Shown: positions 26,815 through 38,634, numbered from the stretch's first letter. The stretch is DNA of 64,000 nt from Kofleriaceae bacterium (GCA_965215005.1 CBDCCZ010000012.1:1-64000), one strand, 5' to 3'. Numbers and translations: made by a program. The notes: a model not told the origin generated them from the letters alone.

Positions 26815-28818
26815 TCAGCGCCCCAATAGCTTGCGAGCGGCGGCGGCCGCATGTTCCGCGCTGATTCCGAGCCGCCGCAGATTTTCTTCTCCAGGCGCCG
26901 AGGCGCCGAAGCGGTCGAGACCGAGGGCAACGCCGCTATCGCCGATCCACTCGCGCCAGCCCAGCGTTACGCCGGCCTCGATCGATACCCGCGCCCGCAC
27001 CTGCGGCGGCAGCACCTCGTTCCGGTAGTCCTCGTCCTGCGCGCGGAATTGCTCCCAACACGGCATCGACACCACCCGGGCGCCGATGCTCTCGCGTTGC
27101 AACGTCTCCCGCGCCGCCATTGCCAGCGCGACCTCGGAGCCGGTGGCGATGAGGATGACCTCGAGCGTGCCCTCGGCATCCGCCAGCACATACGCGCCGC
27201 GGTCGAGGCGAGCGCCGCTCGGCCGCGCGAGCACCGGCAAGTTCTGCCGAGACAGCACCAGCGCCGTAGGGCCGGTGGTACGGAGCATCGCGAAGCGCCA
27301 TGCCTGGGCCGCCTCGTTGGCATCGGCAGGCCGCACGACCGCCAGATTCGGCATGGCGCGCAGCGACATCAGATGCTCGATCGGCTGGTGGGTCGGACCG
27401 TCTTCGCCGAGCCCAATCGAATCGTGGGTCCAGATGTAGATCACCGGCTGACCGTTGAGCGCGGCGATGCGCACCGCCGGACGCATGTAATCGCTGAACA
27501 CGAAGAACGTCGCCGCGAACGGCCGCACGCCGCCGTGATAGTCGAGGCCATTGCAGATCGAGCCCATGGCGTGCTCGCGGACGCCGAAGCGAATGTTGCG
27601 CCCCGCGCCGGTGCGACCATCGTAGTCATCCGCGCCGTTGATGATGGTCTTGGTTGAACCACCGAGATCGGCATCGCCGCCGAGCAGCCACGGCACCCGC
27701 GCCGCGATCGCGTTTTGCGCTTTGCCCGCCGCGGCACGCGTTGCCACGCTCTCCCCCGGCTCCCACTGCGGCAGCGCCGCATCCCACTCCGCCGGCAGCT
27801 CGCCGCTCAGGCACGCCCAAAACTGCTTGGCCAGCTCTGGGTGCGCCGCTTCATACGCGGCGAAGGCCTGCTTCCACGCATGTTCTGCTCGCTCGCCCCG
27901 CTCCCTCGCCGCCATGTGCGTCGCGACCTCGGCGGGCACCGTGAACGGCTCACTCTCCTGCCATCCCAGCGCGCGCTTGGTCAACGCCACCTCTTCGTCG
28001 CCGAGCGGCGAGCCGTGCGCGTCAGACGTCCCGGCCTTGTTCGGCGACCCATAGCCGATGGTGGTGTGGATATAGATGAGAGTCGGACGACTGGTATCCG
28101 CCTTGGCTTCGCTGATCGCTCGATCCAGCGCCTCGAGATCGGTGTCGCCATCGCCGACGCGCAGCACTTGCCAGCCATACGCGGCGTAGCGAGCGCATAC
28201 GTCCTCACCGGTGAACGTGAGCGAGGTTGGCCCGTCGAGCGTCACGTCGTTGGCGTCATACAGGTAAATCAGCTTGTCGAGCCCGTGGTGTCCTGCAAGC
28301 GACGCCGCTTCGGCTGCGACGCCCTCCATCAGATCGCCATCCGATACCAGCGCGTAGGTATAGTGATCGACAATCGTGTGGCCGTCGCGATTGAACATGT
28401 GCGCCAAGAAGCGCTCGGCCATTGCCATGCCCACCGCGTTGGCGGTGCCCTGCCCGAGCGGACCCGTGGTCGCTTCTACGCCCGGCGTCATGAAGCTCTC
28501 TGGATGTCCAGGGGTCTTGCTTTCCCACTGGCGAAAGCACCGCAAGTCGTCCAGCGACAGGTCATAGCCGGTGAGGTGGAGCAGCGAATAGAGCAGCATG
28601 CTGCCGTGACCGGCGGAGAGCACGAAGCGATCGCGGTTGGGCCACTGCGGATTGGCAGGGTTGTGCTCGAGATGCCGCTGCCACAGCACGTAGGCCATCG
28701 GCGCCGCTCCCAGCGGCAACCCTGGATGCCCCGAGTTGGCGCGTTGCACCGCATCGATGGAAAGGGTGCGAATCGTGTTGACGCTGAGGATGGCGAGGTC
28801 GCGCTCAGTGATGCTCAC
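26815..28818 (-). CDS. tkt: Transketolase
   Basis: [64 protein letters not shown]. Confidence 0.97.
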   Translation of the reverse strand: MSITERDLAILSVNTIRTLSIDAVQRANSGHPGLPLGAAPMAYVLWQRHLEHNPANPQWPNRDRFVLSAGHGSMLLYSLLHLTGYDLSLDDLRCFRQWESKTPGHPESFMTPGVEATTGPLGQGTANAVGMAMAERFLAHMFNRDGHTIVDHYTYALVSDGDLMEGVAAEAASLAGHHGLDKLIYLYDANDVTLDGPTSLTFTGEDVCARYAAYGWQVLRVGDGDTDLEALDRAISEAKADTSRPTLIYIHTTIGYGSPNKAGTSDAHGSPLGDEEVALTKRALGWQESEPFTVPAEVATHMAARERGERAEHAWKQAFAAYEAAHPELAKQFWACLSGELPAEWDAALPQWEPGESVATRAAAGKAQNAIAARVPWLLGGDADLGGSTKTIINGADDYDGRTGAGRNIRFGVREHAMGSICNGLDYHGGVRPFAATFFVFSDYMRPAVRIAALNGQPVIYIWTHDSIGLGEDGPTHQPIEHLMSLRAMPNLAVVRPADANEAAQAWRFAMLRTTGPTALVLSRQNLPVLARPSGARLDRGAYVLADAEGTLEVILIATGSEVALAMAARETLQRESIGARVVSMPCWEQFRAQDEDYRNEVLPPQVRARVSIEAGVTLGWREWIGDSGVALGLDRFGASAPGEENLRRLGISAEHAAAAARKLLGR

Positions 28819-28846
28819 GGCTTCGGACCCTACCCGAACTCGCGCG

Positions 28847-30094
28847 TCACCCAAACCGGCCCGCCGGCAAATCGTGCGCCTCCGCGGCTGCCGCGCTGCA
28901 GGAAACGCCCAACCATCGGTCCCAGAACGGCTCTACCTCCGAGGTGGCCGCGAGAAGCGCCATGGCCACGCCGGCCGTTCCGGTCAATAATCCGGCGCTT
29001 GCCGCCACGGCGCCGTCTGGGCTCCACGGCACGTATCCTGAAACGCCGTGGCCCTCCCGCCTCCGCGCCAGCGTGTCCGCAACCCAGTAGCGCGCGCGCT
29101 CGAGCAAGGCGGCATCGGTGGATGACTGCGCCAACCGACAAAATAGCAACGCCAATCCAGCACTTCCATGACAGATCGTGGCGTCGACCACGCCACACTC
29201 ACGCGCGGGCCGCTCCGTCGCGCGCTGTGCCACTGCCAGAGTGAGCTCCTGCCAGTCCGCCTCTTGATCGGCACGCTCCGCGGCCAGAAGCGCCGCCGCC
29301 ACCCCCGCATCGCCGTAGCACCAGGCCACCCGCGCATCGACGGCGGCGCCGCCCAATGGCCGCGAGGTCGGCACCATGGAGGCGCCGGTGAACGCAGCGA
29401 CCTCACGCTGCAGTCCCCGTACCGCAGCATGTAGCAGACGCCGCGCTTCCGCCGAACTCTTGGTCGCTCCTCCCAGAAAAGCCAGTAGCCCACCAACGCC
29501 GTGCGCTACGCCAAAATTGATCGTTTGCGGCTCCGCCGTGAGTAAACCCTGCGGCTCCAGTAGCCACGTCACTGCGTCGTCCTCCCAGCGCGCCCGGCGA
29601 ACCAACTCCGCAACAATCAACTCAATCAACATTGCCCCTGCAACCGCTGAGCGCGCCCTCTCTAGCCCGTAAATTCCGAGCCCGCCAAGGCCATACAACA
29701 GCTCGAACGGCAGCAGCTGCGGCGATTCGCGAACCAGCGTCACCAGCGCCCTATCCACCTCCTCATTGGGGTCTTCCGCGAAATACGTATCGCGCAAGCA
29801 TTCCACCACCCATGCCACACCGGCAAACCCATCACACAACGACGGCCCAACCGCCACCGTCTCCAGTCCATCCAGGCTCGCCTCTAACCGCACGGCCGCC
29901 GCCTCTTCCCACCATTGGCGCCGCTCCGCATCGACCATGGCTGCATAGTGAAACAGCAGCGCCATGCCCGCGTTGCCGCTGGCAACTCCCACAGCGGAAA
30001 CTGAAACTTCGCGCAGCTCCTCCGCCAACTCGAGGCCCACTCGCCGCGCTCGGTCGCCGGTCTCGCCGCCGACGATGCACCGCCAACGGCTCAA
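28847..30094 (-). CDS. LanC-like lanthionine synthetase C family protein (stand-alone)
   Basis: GxxG repeats, [23 protein letters not shown], terminal W; GAGGG SD before TTG 30094. Confidence 0.88.
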   Translation of the reverse strand: MSRWRCIVGGETGDRARRVGLELAEELREVSVSAVGVASGNAGMALLFHYAAMVDAERRQWWEEAAAVRLEASLDGLETVAVGPSLCDGFAGVAWVVECLRDTYFAEDPNEEVDRALVTLVRESPQLLPFELLYGLGGLGIYGLERARSAVAGAMLIELIVAELVRRARWEDDAVTWLLEPQGLLTAEPQTINFGVAHGVGGLLAFLGGATKSSAEARRLLHAAVRGLQREVAAFTGASMVPTSRPLGGAAVDARVAWCYGDAGVAAALLAAERADQEADWQELTLAVAQRATERPARECGVVDATICHGSAGLALLFCRLAQSSTDAALLERARYWVADTLARRREGHGVSGYVPWSPDGAVAASAGLLTGTAGVAMALLAATSEVEPFWDRWLGVSCSAAAAEAHDLPAGRFG

Positions 30095-30244
30095 GCGAGA
30101 TCCCTCTGCAGTCCGACACGCATCATCCGGCCACCATACGGACTCGTCCAATCGACGTCATAGCCGCGGACACCACGCTAGCGCTACCGAATCACGGCTG
30201 CCGACTCGCACGCCGCGCCAAGTCTCTTCGCACGCAAGAAGCAT

Positions 30245-31286
30245 TCAACGCACCTCGACGCCAGAGCCCTTCACCGCGGCAGCGTAGCGAGGAGTCCAAT
30301 GACGAGCTTCTTTAGACGTCTCATTTGCTAGATCTTTGCGCAGGAGCTCCTGAATCAGAGGAGTCACGAGCCACACGCCAGACGCGCTCTCGAGCTTCTC
30401 GCGGATGCGAGCGGCCTCCTGCGCGCCGCCCCCGTAGCGAAGGCCCATATACGTCAAGTAGAGATCCTCGAGGTCCTCGTTCTCCTCGCTGTTTACCTGC
30501 CTTGCCGCAGCAAGCGCACGCGGTTTATCACCATCATGCACTGCAAAGAACACCTCCAGAACGGCAATGGAGTCGCCGTAGTTCTCCAGTGGCCGGGCAA
30601 GGCGCGTGTATTCGGCTCTGGCCGCCTCGGCACGAGCGATGACCGCCGAACGCCAGCCGCCTTGCGGCAACTGCTGGGCGTACATGCGAAGCAAATACGC
30701 TTGATGCCATGCCGCCTTCAAGCTCGTTAGCTCGACGCGGTCGAAGTCCGCATCGCCCCAGGTCCCTGCCTGCCCGGCCGCCGTCATTGCCTCGCAGGCA
30801 ACGAACGCCGCAAGCAGCTCCTCGCGCACCTGATGAACGAGACATAGCGCGTTGTAAGCAAAGAAGGCGCCCGGATGCGCCGCGGTTACCGACGGCCCGG
30901 TGACGTACTCCGCGAGCACGGAAGCGACCTCGTCAAACTCGCCGCGATTGGCGTGAAGCGTGGCCTTCAAGTCCATCACGCGATAGGCGTTGAGCCAGTT
31001 GCTCGCGAGGCCGCCTTCCGCGGCTAGCAAGGCAGACGCATGCTCGAGAAACCGCTCGGCCGCATCGTAATCGCTCTTCTCGATGCTCGTCCGAGCTTGG
31101 TCGAGCATCGCTAGGAGTGGTTGCTCGTCCGCTTGCGGAGCCGGGTCCTGCTCCGGGGATGGCTCAGGTGAGGCTGACTCGCCCGAGTCAATCTTGGGCG
31201 CCTCAGGAACCGCTGCCTTCGGCAGCTCCACACGCCGCTGCAGCAGCTAGCCAACAGGCGAGGAACACCATCATTGATCGCTGCAT
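30245..31286 (-). CDS. Alpha-helical (TPR-like) putative lipoprotein; signal peptide out of frame near 31230
   Basis: Long ORF 30245-31231. An upstream ATG at 31286 encodes MQRSMMVFLACWLAAAAA-CG, one base out of frame. Confidence 0.6.
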
Positions 31287-31324
31287 GACGCTTGCCGGAG
31301 CCTCATCATGTGGCACGGCCCAGC

Positions 31325-32383
31325 TCATATACCTTCCTCGTCCTCGAGCACGTCCGCCGATACCCAATACAGATCACCCGCACCGTTCTGCGCCTTTCGC
31401 AGCCACTCGATGCTGTCCGTATGGGGCATGCCAACGCCGCCGTCCGCCGAGGAGCGAAAGCTCGTGAAGAAGAGATATCGGCCATCGGGCGAGAAGATGG
31501 GGCAGTACTCCATCGCCGGTGAGCTGATAGCCAAATGACGAGGCGCTTCAAAGGTGCCGTCACGGCGCCGCGCGACGAACAAGTCGATGCCCTCGTGGCC
31601 CTGCCGACTCCCCGTGATGACCAGGTGGCGCTCGTCGGGCGAGATTGCAACGTTGAGCTCGGGGCCAGCCGTATTCACGGGCGCGCCCACGTTCGTCACT
31701 TGAAAGTCTTCTTCGATGGGCGCGGCGCGGTAGACGTCGAAGTGTCCCAAACCATCCGGCGCATTTCTGGTGAAGTAAAGAACCCCGCTGGCAGTGACCG
31801 ATGGGTAGAGCTCGTCGTGCACGGTATTGATCGATTCCGGCAGCAGGCGCGGCTGGCCCCACGCTCCGCCCTCATCACGCTGCACGGCCCAAATATTCCA
31901 ATCGCGTCGCTGGGGCGCGCTCGGAGGCGGACGCTGAGAAATGAAATACAGCGTTTCTCCATCGGGCGAGAAATACGGATCCACATCGTTGTACCCCGAA
32001 GCAAATGGAGCTGGATGCGGCTGCTGCCATACTCCATCAACCATAATCGCTTGCATCAGGTAGTAATTCTGCCCAACGCTATAGCTGTAGAAGAGCTCGG
32101 AGCCATCGTCGGAGCCTTCGGGCGAGAAGGCGGCATTGAGCTCATTTAAACCCGTGGCCGTGGAGAGCAGACCCGGGGCGAAGAGCAGGGGCTCTCGCCC
32201 TGGAACCTCTTGCCCGAGGTACGGTCCGCTCGGGGCCGACACAGCGCCGAATGGGAGCTGCCATACCGGCGCGTCTGGTGCGACCTCGTCTTGGGGTGGC
32301 GCCGTCGGTGGCGAGCTCGACGCCGCGCCGCCGCAGCTACCAGCCAGAAACAGGAGCGGGATCACGCTCGGTCGAGAAACCAT
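31325..32383 (-). CDS. PD40/TolB-like beta-propeller lipoprotein
   Basis: LAGS-C lipobox; repeated P.FSPDG..LYF.S units; 'GPYLGQ..PG..P..FAPG'. Confidence 0.85.
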   Translation of the reverse strand: MVSRPSVIPLLFLAGSCGGAASSSPPTAPPQDEVAPDAPVWQLPFGAVSAPSGPYLGQEVPGREPLLFAPGLLSTATGLNELNAAFSPEGSDDGSELFYSYSVGQNYYLMQAIMVDGVWQQPHPAPFASGYNDVDPYFSPDGETLYFISQRPPPSAPQRRDWNIWAVQRDEGGAWGQPRLLPESINTVHDELYPSVTASGVLYFTRNAPDGLGHFDVYRAAPIEEDFQVTNVGAPVNTAGPELNVAISPDERHLVITGSRQGHEGIDLFVARRRDGTFEAPRHLAISSPAMEYCPIFSPDGRYLFFTSFRSSADGGVGMPHTDSIEWLRKAQNGAGDLYWVSADVLEDEEGI

Positions 32384-32623
32384 GGCGGCCCCTATACAAT
32401 CTTCCTACGACGCAAGCAACGCAGCGCTCGGAAAGAGCGACGGACGTTTTGGACGTTATAGGCAAAGATCAAACCATGACGGGAATTTCTGGCATGGTGA
32501 AACGAATCGCCGCGGTAGACGCGCACCCGCGGCCGCACGTTCCGTCCCTGGCGTCATCAGAGCGCCGCTGGAGACTCGATCGTGGTAGCTGTGGTGCGCA
32601 GCTCGCCAACCTCGCGGTGCCTC

Positions 32624-33559
32624 GTGTCGACCATCATCTCCATACGAAATCTCGGGAAGACCTACGACTCCGGCTTCGTGGCGCTCAAGTCCATTGACTT
32701 GGACATCGAACAGGGCGAGATCTTCGCGCTTCTCGGCCCCAACGGCGCCGGCAAAACCACCCTCATCAGCGTCGTATGCGGCATCGTCACCCCAACCCGG
32801 GGTACCGTAATCGCCGACGGTCATGACATCGTTGCCGACTATCGCGCCGCTCGAGCGAGCATCGGCCTGGTGCCGCAGGAGCTTTCCACCGACGCGTTCG
32901 AAACCGTTTGGGCGACGGTAAGCTTCTCGCGCGGTCTGTTTGGCAAACGCCCTAACCCTGCACATCTCGAGAAGGTCCTGCGGCAGCTGTCGCTTTGGGA
33001 CAAGAAGGACAGCAAGATCATGACGCTGTCTGGCGGCATGAAGCGCCGCGTGCTGATCGCCAAGGCGCTGTCACACGAACCGCGCATCTTGTTTCTCGAT
33101 GAGCCCACCGCCGGTGTGGACGTCGACCTGCGCCATGACATGTGGCAAATGGTTCGCGGACTACGCGACCAGGGGGTCACGATCATCCTCACCACGCACT
33201 ATATCGAAGAGGCCGAGGAGATGGCGGATCGCATCGGTATCATCAGCCAGGGCGAGCTCATCGTGGTCGAAGACAAGGAGGTGCTAATGCGGACGTTGGG
33301 CAAGAAGCAGCTCGAAATCAGCCTGCGCGAGCCACTTGCAGAGGTGCCAGCAGATCTCGTCGACTTGCCCCTGGAGCTCTCCGACGACGGCGCCACACTT
33401 ACCTACACCTTCGACACCCAGCGCCAGGACTCGGGCATCGCCGAAGTTCTGCGGCGGCTGAGCGCCCGCGGTATCGACTTCAAAGACCTGCACTCGAGCG
33501 AAAGCTCACTCGAGGATATCTTCGTTCGGCTGGTTGATGAGGCGAGGAGGGCCTCGTGA
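32624..33559 (+). CDS. ABC-2 type transporter ATP-binding protein (YadG-like)
   Basis: [24 protein letters not shown]. Confidence 0.95.
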   Translation: MSTIISIRNLGKTYDSGFVALKSIDLDIEQGEIFALLGPNGAGKTTLISVVCGIVTPTRGTVIADGHDIVADYRAARASIGLVPQELSTDAFETVWATVSFSRGLFGKRPNPAHLEKVLRQLSLWDKKDSKIMTLSGGMKRRVLIAKALSHEPRILFLDEPTAGVDVDLRHDMWQMVRGLRDQGVTIILTTHYIEEAEEMADRIGIISQGELIVVEDKEVLMRTLGKKQLEISLREPLAEVPADLVDLPLELSDDGATLTYTFDTQRQDSGIAEVLRRLSARGIDFKDLHSSESSLEDIFVRLVDEARRAS

Positions 33560-34317
33560 ACTGGTATGGCATTCGCGCGATTTACCGGTTCGAGATGGCC
33601 CGGACACTGCGCACGCTGACGCAGAGCCTGGTGTCCCCGGTGCTATCAACCTCGCTTTACTTTATTGTATTCGGTGGCGCCATCGGCGGCCGCGTCGGTG
33701 ACATCGATGGCATCGGCTACGGCGCCTTCATCATCCCCGGGCTCATCATGCTCTCGCTCCTAAGCGAGAGTATCTCCAACGCCTCGTTTGGCATCTATCT
33801 ACCGAAGTGGTCGGGAACCATCTATGAGCTGCTTTCCGCGCCAGTTTCGTATGTGGAGGTGCTGCTCGGCTACGTGGGCGCTGCGGCGACCAAATCCGTA
33901 CTAATCGGCCTCTTGATCCTCGCGACGGCGCGGGTGTTCGTCAGTTACGAGATCGATCATCCGCTGATCATGCTGGGCTTCTTGCTGCTCACCTCGATAA
34001 CCTTCAGCCTCTTTGGCTTCATCATCGGGCTATGGGCCGATGATTTCCAGAAGCTGCAGGTGATACCGCTGATGGTGGTGACGCCGCTGACCTTCCTTGG
34101 CGGCGCGTTCTACTCCATCGACATGCTGTCGCCGACATGGCAGAAGATCGCCCTGCTCAACCCCGTTGTGTATCTGATTAGCGGATTTCGCTGGAGCTTC
34201 TACGGCAGCTCGGACGTCAACGTCGTGGTAAGCATCGGCGCCACCCTCGGCTTTCTCGCGGTGTGCCTTGCCACGGTGTGGTGGATCTTCAAGACTGGCT
34301 GGAAGCTCAAGGCATAA
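33556..34317 (+). CDS. ABC-2 type transporter permease (YadH-like)
   Basis: GTGA overlap; [39 protein letters not shown]. Confidence 0.93.
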   Translation: MNWYGIRAIYRFEMARTLRTLTQSLVSPVLSTSLYFIVFGGAIGGRVGDIDGIGYGAFIIPGLIMLSLLSESISNASFGIYLPKWSGTIYELLSAPVSYVEVLLGYVGAAATKSVLIGLLILATARVFVSYEIDHPLIMLGFLLLTSITFSLFGFIIGLWADDFQKLQVIPLMVVTPLTFLGGAFYSIDMLSPTWQKIALLNPVVYLISGFRWSFYGSSDVNVVVSIGATLGFLAVCLATVWWIFKTGWKLKA

Positions 34318-34373
34318 CGGCGGCTGCCCCGCCCCCTCCGCCATCGAGCGGAGGGAGAGGGCCGCACCAACGT

Positions 34374-35375
34374 CTAGGCGAGCCGCGGCGACGGTGCGGC
34401 TGGAGATGGCTGCCCGCCCGCCCGGTTTTCCCAGAACTCTTCGATGGCACCGAAGGTTAGCTGCGGCTGATCGAAGTGCGGCATGCCGCGGGTGCCGGGG
34501 ATGCGGACAGAAACCCAATGCGAATGACTCTGGACGAAGGCTGGCAAGGCGCCGAAGTCGGTATGCGCGTCGTCATCGTAGAGCACCAAAACGGGGCACG
34601 AGAGAGCTGCGTAGACCAGATCGCGAACCTCAGGGGTGAACAATCTGCCAGCTAAGAAAGCATACGGCGCAAACCGCGCGCCGGGCTGGTGCGCCGAGCG
34701 ATACGCATACGTCGCAAGCTCGTCGCTTGGGCTACCGGCGAACGACTTGTCGAGAAAATACCGGATGCTCGCGCGCGAGGTCAGCACGTCGTAGAGCGGC
34801 TGGCTCCAAAGCGGCACCCGCAACGCCTTCTCGATCCAGCGACCGGCAATCTCTCCGCGGCGTTGAGCACGCGACTCTGCCTTCGCTGACGAGAAGCCGG
34901 TGGGCGAGATGAGCACCAGCGACGAAATGGCTTCAGGATTGGTACGAGCGACGAGCGCAGCCATCTCGCTCGACAACGACAGTGCGACCACGTCCGCGCT
35001 GCCACCCAGCTCGTCGATCACCGCCTCGATGGCGCTGCCAAGGAGCGCCGGATCGTAGCTGCGCGGCCCGCGCTCGGAGAACCCAAACCCCGGAAGGTCG
35101 ACCGCGGCGACCGGCCGAGTGCCGCGGAAGCGCTCGAACAGCGGCCGCATCTCGAACGCCGAAGCAGCCGCGTTCACGCTGTGCACGAGCACGATGGGCC
35201 GACCCTCACCCTCTCGCGACACGTAGTAACTAACGGCCCCCGCTTCGGTTTCGATGGTTCGCCGAGGCGCCTCGAGCGCCGGCTCGAGCGGCAGCTGATG
35301 GTCGACGCCGAGCAGCGCGGCCAGACGTTCCGTAGTGGATTCAATGCGGCGATTGACAGTCGAAGCGATGTCCAT
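34374..35375 (-). CDS. Alpha/beta-fold hydrolase
   Basis: [15 protein letters not shown], nucleophile elbow ALSLS, LISPTG, C-terminal MPH. Confidence 0.88.
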   Translation of the reverse strand: MDIASTVNRRIESTTERLAALLGVDHQLPLEPALEAPRRTIETEAGAVSYYVSREGEGRPIVLVHSVNAAASAFEMRPLFERFRGTRPVAAVDLPGFGFSERGPRSYDPALLGSAIEAVIDELGGSADVVALSLSSEMAALVARTNPEAISSLVLISPTGFSSAKAESRAQRRGEIAGRWIEKALRVPLWSQPLYDVLTSRASIRYFLDKSFAGSPSDELATYAYRSAHQPGARFAPYAFLAGRLFTPEVRDLVYAALSCPVLVLYDDDAHTDFGALPAFVQSHSHWVSVRIPGTRGMPHFDQPQLTFGAIEEFWENRAGGQPSPAAPSPRLA

Positions 35376-35387
35376 GCGCGGGCTAAA

Positions 35388-35403
35388 AGCAATCGCGGGG
35401 CCA
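35388..35403 (-). promoter_or_regulatory. sigma54 (-24/-12) promoter
   Basis: TGGCCCCGCGATTGCT (GG-N10-GC); -12 C is 14 nt before ATG 35375. Confidence 0.6.
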
Positions 35404-35527
35404 GCGTTCAGTAGCCCGCAGAGCCGCGGCATAGCAGCGCGAGTGTCGCGGCTGTGGCAACCTGCACCGCTCAGTGACGCGCCGTCATGATGAGGCATCC
35501 ACCGCGTCGCCACGGGATGACGCTACT

Positions 35528-37183
35528 TCACTCGCGCTCGAGGCCAATGACGCGCAGTGTTCCCGTGGCTGGATTTCTGGCCAGGTGAACGCGCACGAGG
35601 GGCAGCGCGTCGCTGCCGCGTCGAGTGGCGATACTAACAATCGTGTAGCCGTGCCCATCCTCGGCGGTCTGCACCGCTACGCAACTTCGTCCGGTGTTAT
35701 CGGCAGTGGCGCGGCGGGTGCCGAGACGGCGACCCTGCTGATCGAAGCTCGTGAGCGAGTATCGCGTTGGCTCTTGCCCCAGCCCATGCACCAGCCATAG
35801 ATCGCGAAAGCACAGCGCGGGCGCGTCCTCCGCAACGGCGAAGTCATCGAGCGGCGTCACCGCCTGCAGGTAGGCGCGACCGATCTTTCGCTGGCGCTCG
35901 ACGAGCACCTTGCTGAGATACGCCACGGCGCGAGGGTCGCTATAACGGCCCTCTTCAACGGCTGCTCGGATGAGCTCTGGAGTGAGCCGCAAGAGCGTCT
36001 TAGCCGCCCAATAGCGATCCCAGCGGTCGGCAATTTGACACGGCCGCCACGTGTAGTGCGGCTTCCACTCGCTCGGGGTGAAGGTCTCGCTGTCGAAGAA
36101 GCCAACGCCTGGCAGCTCCGGATAATGCGCCGCGTGCTCCCAGGGCTGCCTCCACAGCCCAAGTGAGACCAAGGACTGTAAAGAGGCTGTCAAGTCGTGC
36201 GCATAGCGATAGCCGCTCGAGGGCCGCGCGTCTGCCTTGCCAAAGACGCCCAATGTTTTACCAAAGTCTAATAGGTAATGAACCAGGTAGCGCCGGTTTG
36301 GCAGCGCCGGATCGCGGACCCACACATCGAGTGTATTTTGTGGCTTGATGTCGCCGTGATTCAGCCACGCCATTGCCACGCACAACCCCCGTTGATCGCG
36401 TCGCAGCTCGTGCGGCACCCGGTCGTTGGGATCGCCTGGGCGGGTGCCTGTAGGCAGGAATCCGCCGATTGGCTTCCCCGGAAGCAACTTGCTCGATAGC
36501 GCCCGGAATCGTCCATCCGCGAGCGGATCAACCAACGCCAACCGTTCGCGCAAATCCGCGATCGTCATCGGCCGCTCGTGACCGCGTCGATCTTCGATGA
36601 CCGCGTCGTCCGCGAGCACTAGCTGGTCGCCAGCAAACTCGACGACGTCGTTCTCAGGCACGTGGTAACCGAGCGCCCAAAGAAGCCGTTGCGAAACCAC
36701 CTCGGCGGCGGTCTCGGCCTCGGGAAGACCGGGCGTGTCAAACTTCAAGAGGTAGCGCTCACCGGCAACGTCTTCGACGAGAAACCCCACTGCCGAGCCG
36801 CCGGTCTTGGTCGAGAGCACCTTCCACGGACCGCCGCGATCGGGGCCGCGGGTGGCGTTGGGACCTCGGCGCATCTCGGTCACGGTGAGCTCCCGAATTC
36901 CGGCGCGATTGACGTACCATGTCGAATCCGGCACCTCGCCAAGGCTATTGATGTTCTGCGCTGGTCGGGGGTTCTCGAAGGCGAGATAGCGGTCGATTGG
37001 CTCTAGGTAGTGCGCAGCGAGAAAATAGCGATTGGTGCCGACGAACTGCTCCGGCGGCTCCTCGGTATCGAGACGATCGTTTACTTGCCACACCGGCGCG
37101 CGATTGTGGAAGCGTACGGCCGTGAGCGCCGCCGGCTTGCTGCAGGCGGCCAACGCCGCAAACACTGCAATGAACATCCTCAT
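35528..37183 (-). CDS. Lipoprotein with atypical protein-kinase-like (HipA/PI3-4K/CotH-type) fold
   Basis: LAA-C lipobox; KTGGSAVG loop, YLLKFD, EAETAAE, LGYHVP, DIKPQN, LLDFG. ATGA-coupled to the Omp85 gene. Confidence 0.7.
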   Translation of the reverse strand: MRMFIAVFAALAACSKPAALTAVRFHNRAPVWQVNDRLDTEEPPEQFVGTNRYFLAAHYLEPIDRYLAFENPRPAQNINSLGEVPDSTWYVNRAGIRELTVTEMRRGPNATRGPDRGGPWKVLSTKTGGSAVGFLVEDVAGERYLLKFDTPGLPEAETAAEVVSQRLLWALGYHVPENDVVEFAGDQLVLADDAVIEDRRGHERPMTIADLRERLALVDPLADGRFRALSSKLLPGKPIGGFLPTGTRPGDPNDRVPHELRRDQRGLCVAMAWLNHGDIKPQNTLDVWVRDPALPNRRYLVHYLLDFGKTLGVFGKADARPSSGYRYAHDLTASLQSLVSLGLWRQPWEHAAHYPELPGVGFFDSETFTPSEWKPHYTWRPCQIADRWDRYWAAKTLLRLTPELIRAAVEEGRYSDPRAVAYLSKVLVERQRKIGRAYLQAVTPLDDFAVAEDAPALCFRDLWLVHGLGQEPTRYSLTSFDQQGRRLGTRRATADNTGRSCVAVQTAEDGHGYTIVSIATRRGSDALPLVRVHLARNPATGTLRVIGLERE

Positions 37184-38634
37184 GGCGCATTCGCTCCAAG
37201 CGAGAAGAATCCCGCCCCGCCCTCGCCGGCGGTGAGCGCCCCTTGCAACCGCAGGCGCACCTGTCTACCGCCGTAAAGCTCGACGCCGCCTCCCCACGAG
37301 AAGCGGTAGTCCTGCACGCTGAGCTCCGCGGCGCCAGCAAACACGCGTCCAGCGTCTGCAAGCAAGTAGGCGCTGGCATTTTGATAGATGGGAAATCGAT
37401 ACTCCACGGAGCTCAACATCGCGATGCGATCGCGGAAGCGCCCACGGGGATAGCCGCGCAGCGACCATGGTCCGCCGAGTGTCGGTAACGCAACCAGGGG
37501 AAGCTCGCTCCGCTCCCCTACCACGACAGCGACGTGGTGGCGCACGGTGACCACCCGCGTTCCTGCCCATAGATCGAAAGCGCGCGCAACGTCGAGCTCA
37601 GCGGTCCCGTACCTATCTCCAGGGCCCCGGGCGAGGCCGAGCTGCGCGCGCAGCATCCAACCGCTCGAAGGAGCCGCCTCGGAGATCCACGGGTGCGCCG
37701 GGTGCCGGGTGTCGTAAAGAAATCCGAGCGTGGCCGCGGTCGCGACATACGGCTCCCCGACGCCGACCAACGGCTCACCATTGAGAGAGCCGAAATCCTG
37801 TTCGGCGAGGCGATGCCAGCTGAGCTCGCCGGCCAGCCGCACCTGACTGCGCTCGCTGAGGCCGCGCCGCAGCGCCAGCGCCCCCCGCGCCTGCCGGTGG
37901 TGGTAGCGCAGCAGAGTCGCTCCGTCGGCAGGCTGCCCCGGCGCCATCGACGACGGCTCGGCAAGCTCGAGGTTGCCGATGCCATAGAACAGCGCATCAT
38001 CGAGCGCCAACGACGCGACCTCGACCTCGACTGCCGCGTCTCGGAAGCGCTCGCCGCTGTCCAACCCGAGCTCGATCGCATGGTCGTAGCGACCGCCCAG
38101 CGCCACGGTCAGCCGCGCCACCTCCGCCGCTCCATAGGCATCGTGGTGGGCCACCTGCGCCCCCAGCGACCATCCAAGCTCTGACTCCGCCGATACGATG
38201 GGCCGCACGCCAAAGCCGCTGGCGCGCTTCTTCTTGAGCGCCGAGGGCGGGTCGGATGGAATTGCATCGGTTAAGTCAGCGATCTTGCGCAGCGGCCAAA
38301 CGGCGATTCCCAACAATCGGCGCGGCAGCCAAAACACCGCTCGCGGCCCCCATAGCAGGACCTCGTCGATGCGCGTTGCCTCCTCGGCCTGGGCCAATCC
38401 AGACACCTCTCCGGGCAGGGGCGCGTGCAGGACATCAGCGGCCGTGGGAGCGTCGGCCTCGACCTCCGCCGCGGCTCCAGCTGGGTCTGCCTCCGCTTCC
38501 CCCCCGGCAACGGGCGGCTCCGCCTCGATTGCCGCCCAGCCGTGGATCGGGTCGCGCAAAGCCGAATTGCTCCCCGACCCGCCGGGCGGAGTGGCAAGAG
38601 AAACGACGAGGATGCTGCCAAGGGTCCATATCAC
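37180..38634 (-). CDS. Omp85 (BamA/TamA superfamily) beta-barrel protein without recognisable POTRA domains
   Basis: LGG..SLRGY..GRFRD, EYRFPI, DAGRV, SWGGGV, FYGIGN, YDTR; hydrophobic N-terminus at GTG 38634. Confidence 0.85.
   Translation of the reverse strand: MIWTLGSILVVSLATPPGGSGSNSALRDPIHGWAAIEAEPPVAGGEAEADPAGAAAEVEADAPTAADVLHAPLPGEVSGLAQAEEATRIDEVLLWGPRAVFWLPRRLLGIAVWPLRKIADLTDAIPSDPPSALKKKRASGFGVRPIVSAESELGWSLGAQVAHHDAYGAAEVARLTVALGGRYDHAIELGLDSGERFRDAAVEVEVASLALDDALFYGIGNLELAEPSSMAPGQPADGATLLRYHHRQARGALALRRGLSERSQVRLAGELSWHRLAEQDFGSLNGEPLVGVGEPYVATAATLGFLYDTRHPAHPWISEAAPSSGWMLRAQLGLARGPGDRYGTAELDVARAFDLWAGTRVVTVRHHVAVVVGERSELPLVALPTLGGPWSLRGYPRGRFRDRIAMLSSVEYRFPIYQNASAYLLADAGRVFAGAAELSVQDYRFSWGGGVELYGGRQVRLRLQGALTAGEGGAGFFSLGANAP

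Noticed and set aside
30095..30244. LanA precursor peptide upstream of lanC
   Set aside because: No convincing short ORF with an SD and a Ser/Thr/Cys-rich core.
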